From NCBI GenBank assembly GCA_964234715.1, contig OZ174282.1: 64,000 nt of DNA. The stretch is one strand, 5' to 3'. A program made the translations under genes and the position numbers. The stretch comes from Podarcis melisellensis. Taxonomy: Eukaryota. This document shows positions 23,562-34,930 of this stretch, piece after piece. Each line of letters starts with the position of its first letter. Positions within the stretch are counted from its first letter, which is position 1. The notes beneath the pieces are model-generated. The model saw only the letters and a list, made by a program, of their open reading frames with translations. It ran no database searches and was not told where the DNA came from.

Positions 23562-23675
23562 CTACAGTTGGAAGGGACCCCAGGGTCATCTAGTCCAACC
23601 CCCTACAATGCAGGCGGGGCTCGAACCCTTGACCCTGATATTAATAGACCCTCCCTGCTCTACCGACTGAGCTGA
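23562..23675 (-). mobile_element. tRNA-derived SINE with recognisable A and B boxes, near the start of PER3 intron 1
   Basis: Minus strand reads agctcagtcggtagagc...ggttcgagccc...gggtcccttccaactgtag; same tail as the 12190 element. Confidence 0.7.
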
Positions 23676-23759
23676 ATTGAAGTGCGTGCCTTTTAGGTGA
23701 TTCCTCCTCAAAACAAACACCAACTGGCAACTCTTTACCTTTACTCCTCCCCGCTCCCC

Positions 23760-24480
23760 CACAAAAACGACCACGTCCAGCCAAGTTTCTAGTCCTCAGG
23801 ACGCACGTGGTCGAGGGGGGCAACCCGGCTCTGGGCGCCCCACTTCTCCCATTCACTCACCCGCCATCAGCACCGACCTTCGCCTCCGCTCGCTCTTTCC
23901 CCTCACACTTTACACACATCCGCGCAACGTGACAGGAGCCCCGCCCCCAAGGCCCGTAGGCGGGCGCGCCATCCGCATGAACGTCCTGATTGGACCGGGC
24001 AGCGGAGGAGCGGGGCTGAAAGGGCGGGGCTTTAAAGAGGGCCGGAGTTGCTATTGGTAGAGAGAGGGAGGAGCCCGCGGGAAGTCGCGCTTCCATGCCG
24101 CGTGCCTGAGGAGGGTGTCACGCCCACCGCCGCCTGCTCTTGGAACGAGGGGAGCCGAAAAGGGAGTTGTACGTGTGGTGTGCACACGCGCACTCACTCC
24201 TCTCCCGCGCGCATGCTCGGGAGCGAACGGTGGTTAAGCGGGTGGGAGGGAGGCGGGCGCCCTTTGCTGCGCATGCTCAGCAACTGCCGCTTAGCCGTAA
24301 ACATGTTTGCGAGGCGCGCCCAGCTGCTTCCCGCAATCTTCCTCGCAAGCGGTGCGTCCTCTCAGGAGGGAAGCGGCTGTTCCTAGCGATCTTCTGCCCA
24401 GACGGCTTTGGCTGCCCGTTGCCAATCTCTGTCGGTCTCCAAGGCCGCCTGCAAAACTCACGAGCCTGGAAAGGCGATTA
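23760..24480 (-). promoter_or_regulatory. PER3: PER3 CpG-island promoter and non-coding exon 1 (donor after 23861)
   Basis: CpG-dense; donor gcgg|gtgagt; E-box CACGTG 23804-23809; E'-box CACGTT (minus) 23926-23931; CCAAT (minus) 23989-23993 and 24053-24057; GC box 24022-24030; CACGCG 24099-24104 (minus) and 24185-24190; two GCGCATGC NRF1-like motifs near 24209 and 24269. TSS not determinable. Confidence 0.8.
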
Positions 24481-26815
24481 AAAACAAAAAAATAAAAAAT
24501 TCAAAAGTTCTGGTCCCAAGTTCAGAATTTCCAAAAAGGGAGCTGGTTCCACTTCGCAGTTTCCTCCTTTTACAAGACAAAACTTTTTTAAAAAATAATT
24601 TTTAATAGCTTTCAATTACAATACAGTAATAGCCCCATTATAACAATACCAAAATAGAAAACAGTTACAACTACGAATCGTTCAAATTCCGATTAATATA
24701 ATTTAAGTGCCCCCCCCCATGTGGTAAAATTGATGGTTTGGTGATTTTCTTTATTTCTGCATTCCAAAATCTTATTTCAATTACATTCCTGGGAACTATT
24801 TTGAGGTTGCGGTTCAGATATTCTTCAACTAATTCAGCGAACTTCACAAAACTAGTTCGCTCCAAGTGCTGAAAGTGTTTTACTGTCGTGGGCTTGCCAA
24901 TGCCAGGATGTTTACATTATTGACCTATCTGGGCTGGTGTGTCGTGTTTTGCGACAGAATATGCAACGTCTTTTTTCCTGCCTCTTATTTTCATCTGACT
25001 TCCCCGTTTCCTGCCGCCCCCCGCCTCCATTAAACACTGATGCACACACCTTTGCCAACCTCTGTTTGCAGCCCTTCATGCATCTGGTTAAGGGGGCTGC
25101 AGCTCACAGAAGCGCTTCTGCCAGCCTTTCCCCCTACATGGACCCCCTTGAGATGTTTTAAGCTCTCAGCTGCCATCTGCATCAGGCCACTGTGCTTGAC
25201 TTGCATCTAAAACTCCTGGAGGGCCCCATTTTGGGGGATGAAGGGAAGGCTGGCCTAGGCCCCGAATGGAGAAAGTGGCTGTGACCCCCCAACTGCTGCC
25301 ACGCTTCCAAATCCCAGCCTGCCTAATGGTCAGGGGTGGCAGGTGCCACACCAGCCCTTCTGGGGTAATAGGGGACCAGACAGTGCCTCCTATCCATGGG
25401 CAGGCTGCTGTGAAGGTGGCGTGGGGGTGCTGCCAAGGAGGCAGAAGATCTGGCCTCCAAGGAGCTCCACACAACTGTTGCCGCCGCCGCAGAGTGAAAT
25501 GCCTTTCTTGGAGACACGATCTGCTGCTCCTGTGGTCCTTCACCTTGCCTCATGGGTGGGCCAGTCCTGGTAGCAAGACTATTGCTCTCTAGCCTGTTTG
25601 CGGGCTGCCAGGAGCCGTCTGGTTGGCCAACATCGGAAAGACACCAGGATAGATGGACTTTTAGGTCTGTGGCAGGTGCAGGGCTCATTAGGTGGGTCTA
25701 CAGCTGTTCGGTGCACATGGCAACCTTTACTACAAGAGCATGCGCCAAGCCAGGATTGGCCAACAAAAAGAAGCTGAGGCTTACTGGCACAAAGTTAGCT
25801 ATTAAAAAAGGGGGAGGGGGACCTTTAAAGGAAAATAAGTTGCAGAATGTTAGACAAACCTTTTCCTCTTCACTTGAGAATTTCAAGAGCCTTGCAGCTG
25901 GACCACTCTGTTACAAGAAAAAAAAACTGCTCCCTTTCACTTATGGGGTACCCAAGAGCCCATACAGTGTCCTTATGTAGGTTCTCTATCGGTAGGAGAA
26001 AATAAGAGGCCAACCAGAGAATATTGAGAAGCAAAGAAGCTAGTAAGCCTGATCCTTATTAAACTGTTGCAACAGGGTGCTCACCACCCCCCACGCAGGA
26101 GGAAGGAGAGGAACCCTGAGCAATGATGTGCCAGCCCTTATATAGACTTTCTGAAATTGCCCACCCTGGAGCCCAAGACCACCCCCCAATACATCATACA
26201 TACATAACGGAAGGGGTGGTCTACAGCAGATACACATCACAGGAGTCGGTCTATAGCAGAAATCCTGTCTGGCAGGAGACCTGTTGATGGGTTTACCTGG
26301 AGAGCCTGGCCAGTCTTATGTGGTGATAAATACTTATTTCCCTCACCCTATTCATATCTTAAATGTGCCCTTAAGGCAGGATTTGTGAGCAAAGAGACAA
26401 TGGGGAGGTTTTTCCCATTTCCTCCCTCCTTGCAGACAAACATTTGGTCAATTTGGGACAGTCAAAATCATTTCAGGACTGTCTTCCTGTACTGTTTCAG
26501 ACATGTGGATTATATATTTATGTAGATGTTTGCCTTGTACATTTATATCTTAGTCCTTATAATTCTCATAACAAGGCCAATGGGAGTCTACCCAGTTGAG
26601 CATCTGGGGCCAACTGGATTATTTTTCTGGGGATCCTGCAAGAATGACCTGAGTGCAACAACAGCAGAGCTCGCCCGGCTCATGAATCCCAGCAACTGCT
26701 CTCCAAAGCATACTGTGTCCGAAAGTGGAATTGAAACCAACAGCATCATGACCAGCAGAAAGCAGAAGTGAAGGGAGTAGAGGAAAATCCTCTGCGGCTT
26801 CTCTTCCACTTTTAC

Positions 26816-26874
26816 TTTATTACTTTTACAAAAAAGAATGCACACCAGAAGCGACTTATAATCCACTTTTTATT
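26816..26874 (-). terminator. VAMP3: Candidate VAMP3 polyadenylation signals (AATAAA at 26869-26874 and 26816-26821)
   Basis: Two AATAAA on the minus strand about 1.6 kb after the stop codon, at the end of AT-rich UTR-like sequence. Confidence 0.55.
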
Positions 26875-28449
26875 AAGCAGTTGCAAAGAAAGCTTCTCTT
26901 TGCCCTGTTAATAGTGCCAGGAAGTTGTGTGAAGCTTTGTGCCCTGGCCAAGACATACACACATATACACAAAACAAGGCTGGATTTCAGTCAAGGCACT
27001 GGCAAGTCTTACAAGGCAAAATTCACATCCAGTGTTTGGTTAAGCTTGAAGTTTAAAGAAATGTTTTAATAACATTTTATACAGCAAGAGGATTGATAAC
27101 ACATGAGTAATCAAACATTTTTGAAATCATTACCATAATTCTTACCCTCCCGATGTATATTCCACCTTCACTTAAAACTAGCAGGTTAACAACTATCGCA
27201 GGACAAGTTTCAAGAAAAAAACTCCTTATAAAGTGCCTGCCAATTTGGTTTTGCTTAGAGTTCTTTAAGGCAGACCAAGCTATTCTTCATTCATCTTCAC
27301 CACCTCTTTAAAACTCTAGTTTTCTAGCAATTTGCACAACAAATATGTAAAATAAAAAAGGGGGGGAATTGGCAAGGAACTGAGGACTACATGTTTGGCA
27401 ATGCTGGTAAACAGTACAGACCCGGTCTCATTCATATATGCAGTTTTTGCTCATAAGTAGAGGGTGACAAGGAGAACAGAAGACCCAAAGGGGTGGGGTA
27501 TTGTGCGAAGGGTGCAAGGGGGTGAGTGGGAAGCGAAAGTGAGGCAAGCAGTCACACACTGCTTGGCTCATGAAGGGCTGTGGCCCACCAGAGTATCTGG
27601 CACACTGAAGAGGACAGAAGCACTCTCTGGCAAAATCTCTCAAGGAGGGCAGCCAACATCTGCATGGGCCACCCTAAGCAACATGAGATGCAAGTCAAAA
27701 GTACTTTCAAGGTTGCATTTGACCCTCATTTCCCTAACAGATAATATATTCTGCTGGTATGTTGAGGAAGCTTTTCTTGCCGGTTTTAGTTTTGCCAGAA
27801 CCCCCAATGCCGAAATGTTAGTTAAATTCAACCAGAAATACGTTTTCAAAAATACTTTTATAATATTTGTTCAGGTCCAGGCAAAAGGCACTGAGGAACG
27901 ACAGCTTACGACGAGAAGAGCAGAAGGCACAGTGTTTTGTCCCAAATACTGCAAAAGGTGTTTTGGCACTTAAGTGCTTGGAGTGTGCAAGTTTCATGGT
28001 TGTTCCCCACCCGATCAGGAGATATTATCTAATTAAGGCAACAATGATTCCAAAATGTCACAAGTGGGGGGGGGGGAATTTCCAGAAAGCACAAATGAAA
28101 GCTAGTTACCTTCCCTGTCCAGGTATAGCAGGTGAAACAGATAAAAAATACCCATGATCTATGAAAACCCACCCAGAAACTCACAGCTTCAGTATAGATC
28201 ATGATACCCCCAAGCCTTAAGATGTTTCACCCTCACTCATACAGGTCTTAGCAGTCTCAGCCAACTGCAACAGCATTTACAAGTTGAAGCGCATCATTTG
28301 AATAAAGGCACATTTGTCTATAGGCTACAGAGTTAACATTTCTATCCAAAATAAACGTTTGATTTGTGCACCCGTAGGAAAGCTTGATATGGAGGAGACT
28401 GATGTTCTTGTTGAAAACTGCTTCAAGTTCCAGGGTTTCCTCAAACGGC

Positions 28450-28469
28450 TCACGAGGACACACTCCAAA
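28450..28469 (-). CDS. VAMP3: VAMP3 last coding exon (VWSVSS*)
   Basis: tatatatag|TT TGG AGT GTG TCC TCG TGA, phase 1. Confidence 0.88.
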
Positions 28470-31400
28470 CTATATATATATATTTAAAAAAATAATAATC
28501 ACAAGGGGTCAGGAGAAGAAACATGATTTTATGCTTCAAATCAAAGGATACCTTAAAAACTATATTTGAAGAGTGTTCCCTTTATAAAAAGTGGTCATCA
28601 TCTGACACTGGGCAACTAGCAAAATTGGCAACCACAGAATGCAAAGCACTTGCCGTTCACTTCCCATTAAGAACAAACTCAACAAAAGGAATTGGGGCGG
28701 CAGTTTTACCCTCCCAAACCGTATGTTGTTGGGACTCCAGCTGCATGAAGCCAACAGCCATCAAACCAGAAAGTTATCTGCACAGTCTTGAGTCAATTCG
28801 TCCATGAATCAGGGCACAGAGGCATTTGTGGCAGCTATTCCACAGTGCCAGGGAACTCTTTTTCCTGAAAACAGAGGTGGCCCTCTAGAAGCTGCTGAAC
28901 TGCTGCTTCAATCATCCTTGACCATTGGCCATGCTGGCTGAGGGGGATGAGAGTCCAGCAACATCTGGAGCCACTCCTTAGCCTAGCGATTGAGAAGAGC
29001 TAAAAGATCTTCCTATTTGAGCAGTGTTACTATTAGATCAAACCTATCCATTCTTAAGGAAGTCAGCCCTGCGTGCTCACTGGAAGGACAGATCGTGAAG
29101 CTGAGGCTCCAAAACTTTGGCCACCTCGTGAGAAGAGAAGACTCCCTGGAAAAGGCCCTGATGTTGGGAAAGATGGAGGGCACAAGGAGAAGGGGACGAC
29201 AGAGGACGAGATGGTTGGACAGTGTTCTTGAAGCTACCAGCATGAGTTTGACCAAACTGCGGGAGGCAGTGGAAGACAGGAGTGCCTGGCGTGCTCTGGT
29301 TCATGGGGTCACGAAGAGTCAGACACGACTAAACGACTAAACAACAACAACTACTAGATCAATGTACCTGGGGAAATACTATCTTATAGGGCTTTTACAT
29401 GCAACTTTTAGAAGAGATCTCAGTCTGCAGTGGGTCCACTGGGATTGGAACAGAATAAATAATACCTGGCTCCTCTTTACTACAAATCCTGAGAGAGACA
29501 GACAGAAGAAAGCCACTTGACTGCATTACCAGTGGCCTTCCAACGGAGAATCACAAGTTCTTTCTTTGAAGACGTTTTTCAGGGGCATAAATGGCAAATA
29601 AAGGAGAGAGGTCCAAGATATCAGTGAGTCCCAGGCTAAGGAGCAAGGGGTCTCCAATTCCAAGGCCTCTATTTGATTATGGATGCCTTTGCTAACCTCC
29701 AGTTGTTTTGGACTACAACTCCCATCAGCCACAGCCATATTCGCAAGGTCTGATGGGAGTTGTAGCCCAAAGAAACTGCAGGGAAACATGTTGGCGAAGG
29801 TTGGTCGATGATATTCCATGCCTAACCAGGACTAAAAACACTTACCGATGATGATGATTAAGAGAACGACCACCACTGCAATCAGAATGGCCCACATCTG
29901 CCAAAAGAGCGAAAGAGAGCAGAACTATTAAATCTGCGAGTCACCACCATAATTTGCAAGTTTAATCTAGTATCCTAGTTTTGTCTAATTGCAATCATTC
30001 AACAGATACTGGCATTTAACATCATTTGGGAACTGGGAATTTCTTTGAGAAGTAAAGGTAAAGGGACCCCTGACCATTAGGTCCAGTCGTGACAGACTCT
30101 GGGGTTGCGGCACTCATCTTGCTTTATTGGCCGAGGGAGCCAGCGTACATCTTCCGGGTCATGTGGCCAGCATGACTAAGCCGCTTCTGGCGAACCAGAG
30201 CAGCGCACGGAAACGCCATTTACCTTCCCGCCGGAGTGGTACCTATTTATCTACTTGCACTTCGTGCTTTTGAACTGCTAGGTGGGCAGGAGCAGGGACC
30301 GAGCAATGGGAGCTCACCTCGTTGCGGGGATTCAAACTGCTGACCTTCTGATCGGCAAGTCCTAGGCTCTGTGGTTTAACCCACAGCGCCAAGTAGCAGC
30401 CTACTAGGATTCCTGTCAATATGATTTAGCAGTATATATTTTCACCAATTTTTTTTAAAAAAATCAGGAACTGGGAAATTGTGTGCATTAGTTAACAGGT
30501 AGTAAAACACATAATCATAGAATTGTAGAGTTGGAAGGGACCCCAAGGGTAAACCCTGCAATGCAGGAATCTCAACTGAAGACTCCATGACAAGTGGCCA
30601 TCTGACCTCTACTTAAAGGAGAGTCCACCACAATCCAAGGGTGGACATTCCACTGCGAAACAGCTCTTACTGTCAGAAAGTTCTTCCAGATGTTTAGTTG
30701 GAATCCCCTTTCTTTTAACTGAAGCCATCGGGGTGGATCCTAACCTCTGGAACCGGAGAAAATAAACTTCCCACTGGTGTCCCCTTCCTGACCCCCTACA
30801 GGTCTTCAGTTTCCAAGAGGCTCCCTCAATCATCCTTTGCAGCTGTCCAGGGACCCCGGGGGAACCCCGTATCTTCTGCCAACCTGGTTCCCTCCAGATG
30901 TTCTGGACCTCGGCTGTATTCCAAAACACCTGGAGGGCCCCAGGCTGGCAAAGGCTGCTGCAGCCCAGTTAGTTACCTTGCAATTCTTCCACCAGTACTT
31001 CCTCTTCAGCTTGGCTGCATTTGTCTCAAACTGGGCAGCTCCGGCTTGCAGCGCATCCACGCGGTCATCCAGCACAGACAGCTTCTCATCCCTTTCCAAA
31101 ACCTTGTCCACGTTGACTCTCATGATATCCACCACCTGAGAAGTCAGAACAGTGCTTAGCATGCATGTGTATGCCTCTATCATTTCTTTACATATACAGT
31201 CATACCTCGGGTTACAGACACTTCAGGTTGCGATTTTTCGGGTTACGGACCTGCCAAAACCCGGAAGTACCGGAACAGGTTACTTCCAGGTTTCGGTGGT
31301 CACGCATGCACATAAGCGCTAAATCGTGCTTTGTACATGCGCAGAAGCGCCGAATTGCAACCCGCGTGTGTGCAGGCGCGCCACTGCGGGTTGTGAATGT

Positions 31401-34400
31401 GCATCTCGCACAGATCACTTTCGCAACCCGAGCATCCACTGTATATACAGTTGTACCTTGGAAGTCGAACGGGCCCCCTTTGGCCAGATTCAGCAGCTGG
31501 GGTCTCTGTGTAGGGCATATACAGTGGTACCTCTCGTTACGTACTTAATTCGTTCCGGAGGTCTGTTCTTAACCTGAAACCTGAAGCTAATGGGGCTTCC
31601 CGCTGCCACCGCACCGCCACTGCATGATTTCTGTTCTTATCCTGAAGCAAAATTCTTAACCCGAGGTACTATTTCTGGGTTAGCGGAGTCTGTAACCTGA
31701 AACGTATGTAACCTGAGGTACCACTGTACTTCCATGGACTGGCAGAGTAGGTAGTCTACAGTATGCAACTTGCTGCAGTTTCACGCAGTGCAGCCACAGA
31801 GAAGAGGAAGGAAGAGGGCAGATGATGGCCAGCTTTGCTCATGTCTTGTAAGAGACAGACGGACCTCACCACACAGGGATGCTCAGGGGAGCCACAATGG
31901 TGCCACACCTACCTCATCCACCTGGTTCTGGGTTTTCTGAAGTCGGTTGCTGCCTGGGGCAGAGGCAGCCCCTGAGGGGCCACTGGTTGACCTGCAAGTC
32001 AGAGGCAACAGTCAGGTTATCACGCCCTACTGGGTGCTTGGCCAGGACAAAATTCCAGTGGTAAAGAATTCCCCCCGCATGTGTTGCTTCTTAGAATCGT
32101 GTCCATTGTACCAAATGGTGTCTTGAAAGCAGCTCATAATTAGCATTTAGAGTTAAAAACACCAGTTTTCAATTTTTTTTTAAAAAAAACAAATCTTTAC
32201 ACCTTTAAAAATTAAAACCACGAAAGAAGCAGCTTCCAAAAGACAGACACTGGGGGAAGGAGAAATGAAAACAAATGTCAGCGGCATTTGAGAGTGCAAA
32301 GTTTCAAACTGGAGGATTAGCTGTTAAAAAAACAGTTTCAGAGGAAGTGACCTCTAGCTCTCTTAGACCTCACTGTCTTTAGGATTTCAGCTCATGGCTG
32401 AATCATGTCTTCTTGCCAATTAAGTGTCAAGACACTTGCATGTTATTAAAATCTCAGCCTAGGTGCCATTTGTGATACTGAAGTGGAAGGCAAAGTCACA
32501 AGAGGCGGGCACCAGCTGAAGCTCCCATCATGCTGGGTGTGGTTGATGGGTCTTGGGAGTCCAACAGGGTTCACCCCTTAATAAGGGAAAGCCACAAGTT
32601 GCCAGGAGGCTGTCAACACAGTGACACCGCCGGACCCGTAACAGGTTCAAAGACGGGATGTGATGATTTGCCCAAAACAGTTAAGTCCTTTAAAGTCTGC
32701 AGGGTTGTTTCTCTTGCATCAAATCCCCACCCGAAAACTAAATTATCAGGGCAACACCCCCCACAAAAAACATCTGGAAGAAGAGCTGTCTTTCCCATAG
32801 GGCTTAGTGGTGCACAGGCCTCTCAGGGGTGCCCCAGTGAGTGGGGGAGCTGCGTGGCTTTGCCAGCGGCCTCCCCTTTCCCTGCATGCCCAACTGCGCC
32901 CCACCAACCATATGGCTTGCAGGCATGAAACTTCCCTCCCAATCCTCTGCAGGGATCGCTCTCCCGCAGCGGCACGGGGGAGAGTTGCCCCCCCCAATGG
33001 CTGGTAGTGCACAGCTTCGCCCCCCACCCATCTGAAGTAATTTGGGGGCGTTGAGCGGATATTTGCACCCCGGCGCCGCATCTGCTATAGACGGCCCTGT
33101 CTGGAAGCAACCAGTTTTGAAAGGGCACGATCCATCACACTGATCACTCTCTTGTTAACAGAAGGGCATGCATTGCAGTTGACCAAGGGGGCTGCCAAGT
33201 GTTACGTACATATGCAAGAAAACCCTATTTTAAGTTTGATGGAGGTTTTACATTAAACTGCTAACATGAAAGTGTGGATCTTCCAGTGTTGTGTGCAGGT
33301 CTCTCTATGCCAAAACAGAATGGTGTAAAATCCTATCCATGTCGACTGATAAGCAACCCTCCAAAAGTGTCCAATATGGCTGACCCTTCCTTTGTAACCA
33401 CTTTTAACTGGAATGCTGGGACACAGTTATTAGGGAGGAAAGCCCCATTAGTCAGACTGTGGCTTGCTTAGGAGTAGCATTTATGCAAGTTTTATATTGC
33501 TTTTTCCACCCAGTTAGGAGCAAAACGTAATTAAAGCCATCAACAGAAACTAATTCACGCTGCCATTAAAATACCTAAGGGCACAAGCATCTAAAAAAGC
33601 AGTCTAATGGTTGTACAATGGTTGGGTCCCTGGGGATTTAACTCCTAAAGGCCTGGGTGAATAAATAAAGACTTTGCAAGCATCTGAAGACCATCAGTGA
33701 GGGGAAACAATCCCATTTCCCAAGGGAGGGCCAAAGTCAGGTGATGGGGCCACGCCATTGAGAACCCTGGTTAAACATACATGGGATAGCACTGAAAGCC
33801 TCTTTCACTTTCACAGCTGAACAGCCATCTCCTTCCGAAAGTGAGTTTTGGAAATTCACTGGGGTGTTTCTGCCCAGCAGTACTGGTAAGAGAAAGGGCT
33901 TGCCAGGTTGGCGAGTCTAGCTGACTCTTCCTGGTGCCCCGCTGGTTGGTTGGTTTTCAATGGCACAGAGCCATCGTGCCAAGTTGAGCCCCATCAGCCC
34001 AAATGTGTGATTTATACTAATCTCCTCCCAGCTGAATTCTGGTCCAGGTGGGCAAGAGAAACAGCTGTTTAACAGCTGGCACCAGAAGAAAAGGGAGAGC
34101 CTCATTTCCTAGGGTGACCTGTATCCCACATGCTCACCCCGAACCACTTCAAATTCAACAGGGAACACTTTGTTTTTAAAAGAAAATTAGAATATACAAC
34201 ACCCATTGCAAAGTGGTGACATTGCTCAAGTTTAGCCTGTGGTTAATTCTTCGAGAGCGTCAGGGCTCCTGAGAGCTGGCACCGTGATTCATTGGGGCTG
34301 AGCCCCCAAACAAATTAAGCTCCAATTTCCCCCCCCCCCATACTGAAAGCCTGAAAGATTACTCTTCGTTTGCCTTACAAGGGAACAGGCACGGTACTAC

Positions 34401-34930
34401 ATCCCTTTCCTTTAAGGCTTCCGCCCTAACCCAGCGTGGAATTCAAGGGGATTTACTGCCAAGTAGACATGGAGCTGCTTCCCAAAAAGTTTTACTTGGA
34501 GCAGGCGCAGTGAAATTAATGCACTTAAGCCAGTAGCGTCTACTCCGAGGAGGACTAGCCTTGGAGAGGCGTGGGAACCCAACTTCGGCAGCGGGCCACT
34601 TTAGGGTGTGCGTCGGTGGAGACGCGTCCCCGAAGGCACTCTGCCTATGCCTAGAGGCCGCGCCTCTGCCCACGCCACGCAAGCCCGGGAAAGGAAACGA
34701 GAGAGTGTCCAGCCGACTTTCACTACCCCCCGTGGCGGCCAGGAGCAACGGGACGGGCCAGCGCGCCGGGGTGCAAAAGCGAAAGGGAGGGAGAGCAACC
34801 AGGCTGCGGGCCGGGGCCTAAGGCCGGGGAGGCGCCGCCCCAAGCAGGGCAGCTAGCGGGGAGCCCCGACGCCCGCCCACCGCCCCCAGATCAGGACCGG
34901 TCCCCCTCCGCCTGCCGACAGGGCTCACAT
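28450..34930 (-). CDS. VAMP3: Vesicle-associated membrane protein 3 (cellubrevin), 5 coding exons, 103 aa
   Basis: Exons 34929-34930 (AT), 31913-31991, 30977-31135, 29846-29897, 28450-28469 total 312 nt: [103 protein letters not shown]. The KNCKMWAI and VWxVSS ends and the synteny indicate VAMP3. Confidence 0.96.
29036..29350 (+). mobile_element. 5'-truncated BovB (RTE) LINE 3' end
   Basis: Open frame ...[40 protein letters not shown]...[17 protein letters not shown], (CAA)n tail, near-identical flanks cta(t/c)tagatcaa at 29030-29041 and 29351-29362. Confidence 0.9.
29846..29897 (-). CDS. VAMP3: VAMP3 transmembrane exon ([17 protein letters not shown])
   Basis: Acceptor ttttggcag, donor gtaagt, 52 nt. 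Confidence 0.94.
30054..30391 (-). mobile_element. Sauria SINE
   Basis: Characteristic body (ggtaaagggacccctgaccattaggtccagtcg...gggtcatgtggccagcatgact...ttaacccacagcgcc); reverse copy of the 50212 element. Confidence 0.9.
30514..30850 (-). mobile_element. CR1-type LINE 3' end fragment
   Basis: atcatagaattgtagagttggaagggacccc...cagctcttactgtcagaaagttcttcc; a similar fragment lies at about 7325-7450. Confidence 0.6.
30977..31135 (-). CDS. VAMP3: VAMP3 SNARE-motif exon
   Basis: Acceptor ttctcag, donor gtaact, 159 nt; [16 protein letters not shown]...[12 protein letters not shown]. Confidence 0.97.
31195..31443. mobile_element. Tc1/mariner-pogo-like MITE
   Basis: TA-CAGT...ACTG-TA termini with subterminal inverted ctcgggtt/aacccgag. 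Confidence 0.8.
31520..31728. mobile_element. Tc1/mariner-pogo-like MITE
   Basis: Perfect inverted termini tacagtggtacctc / gaggtaccactgta, including the TA target site. Confidence 0.85.
31913..31991 (-). CDS. VAMP3: VAMP3 exon 2 ([26 protein letters not shown])
   Basis: Acceptor cttgcag, donor gtaggt, 79 nt; supplies the G of the split ATG. Confidence 0.94.
32781..33099. mobile_element. hAT-type non-autonomous element
   Basis: 8-bp TSD TCTGGAAG (32773-32780, 33100-33107); imperfect TIR aagagctgtct / agacggccctg. Confidence 0.75.

Noticed and set aside
23600-23675. tRNA-like sequence (also near 12190 and 58140)
   Set aside because: No complete cloverleaf; the 23600 and 12190 copies are fused to a CR1-like tail, so these are SINE heads, not tRNA genes
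28990-29340. 116-aa plus-strand ORF as a host gene
   Set aside because: It is the C-terminus of the BovB reverse transcriptase ORF in a truncated insertion
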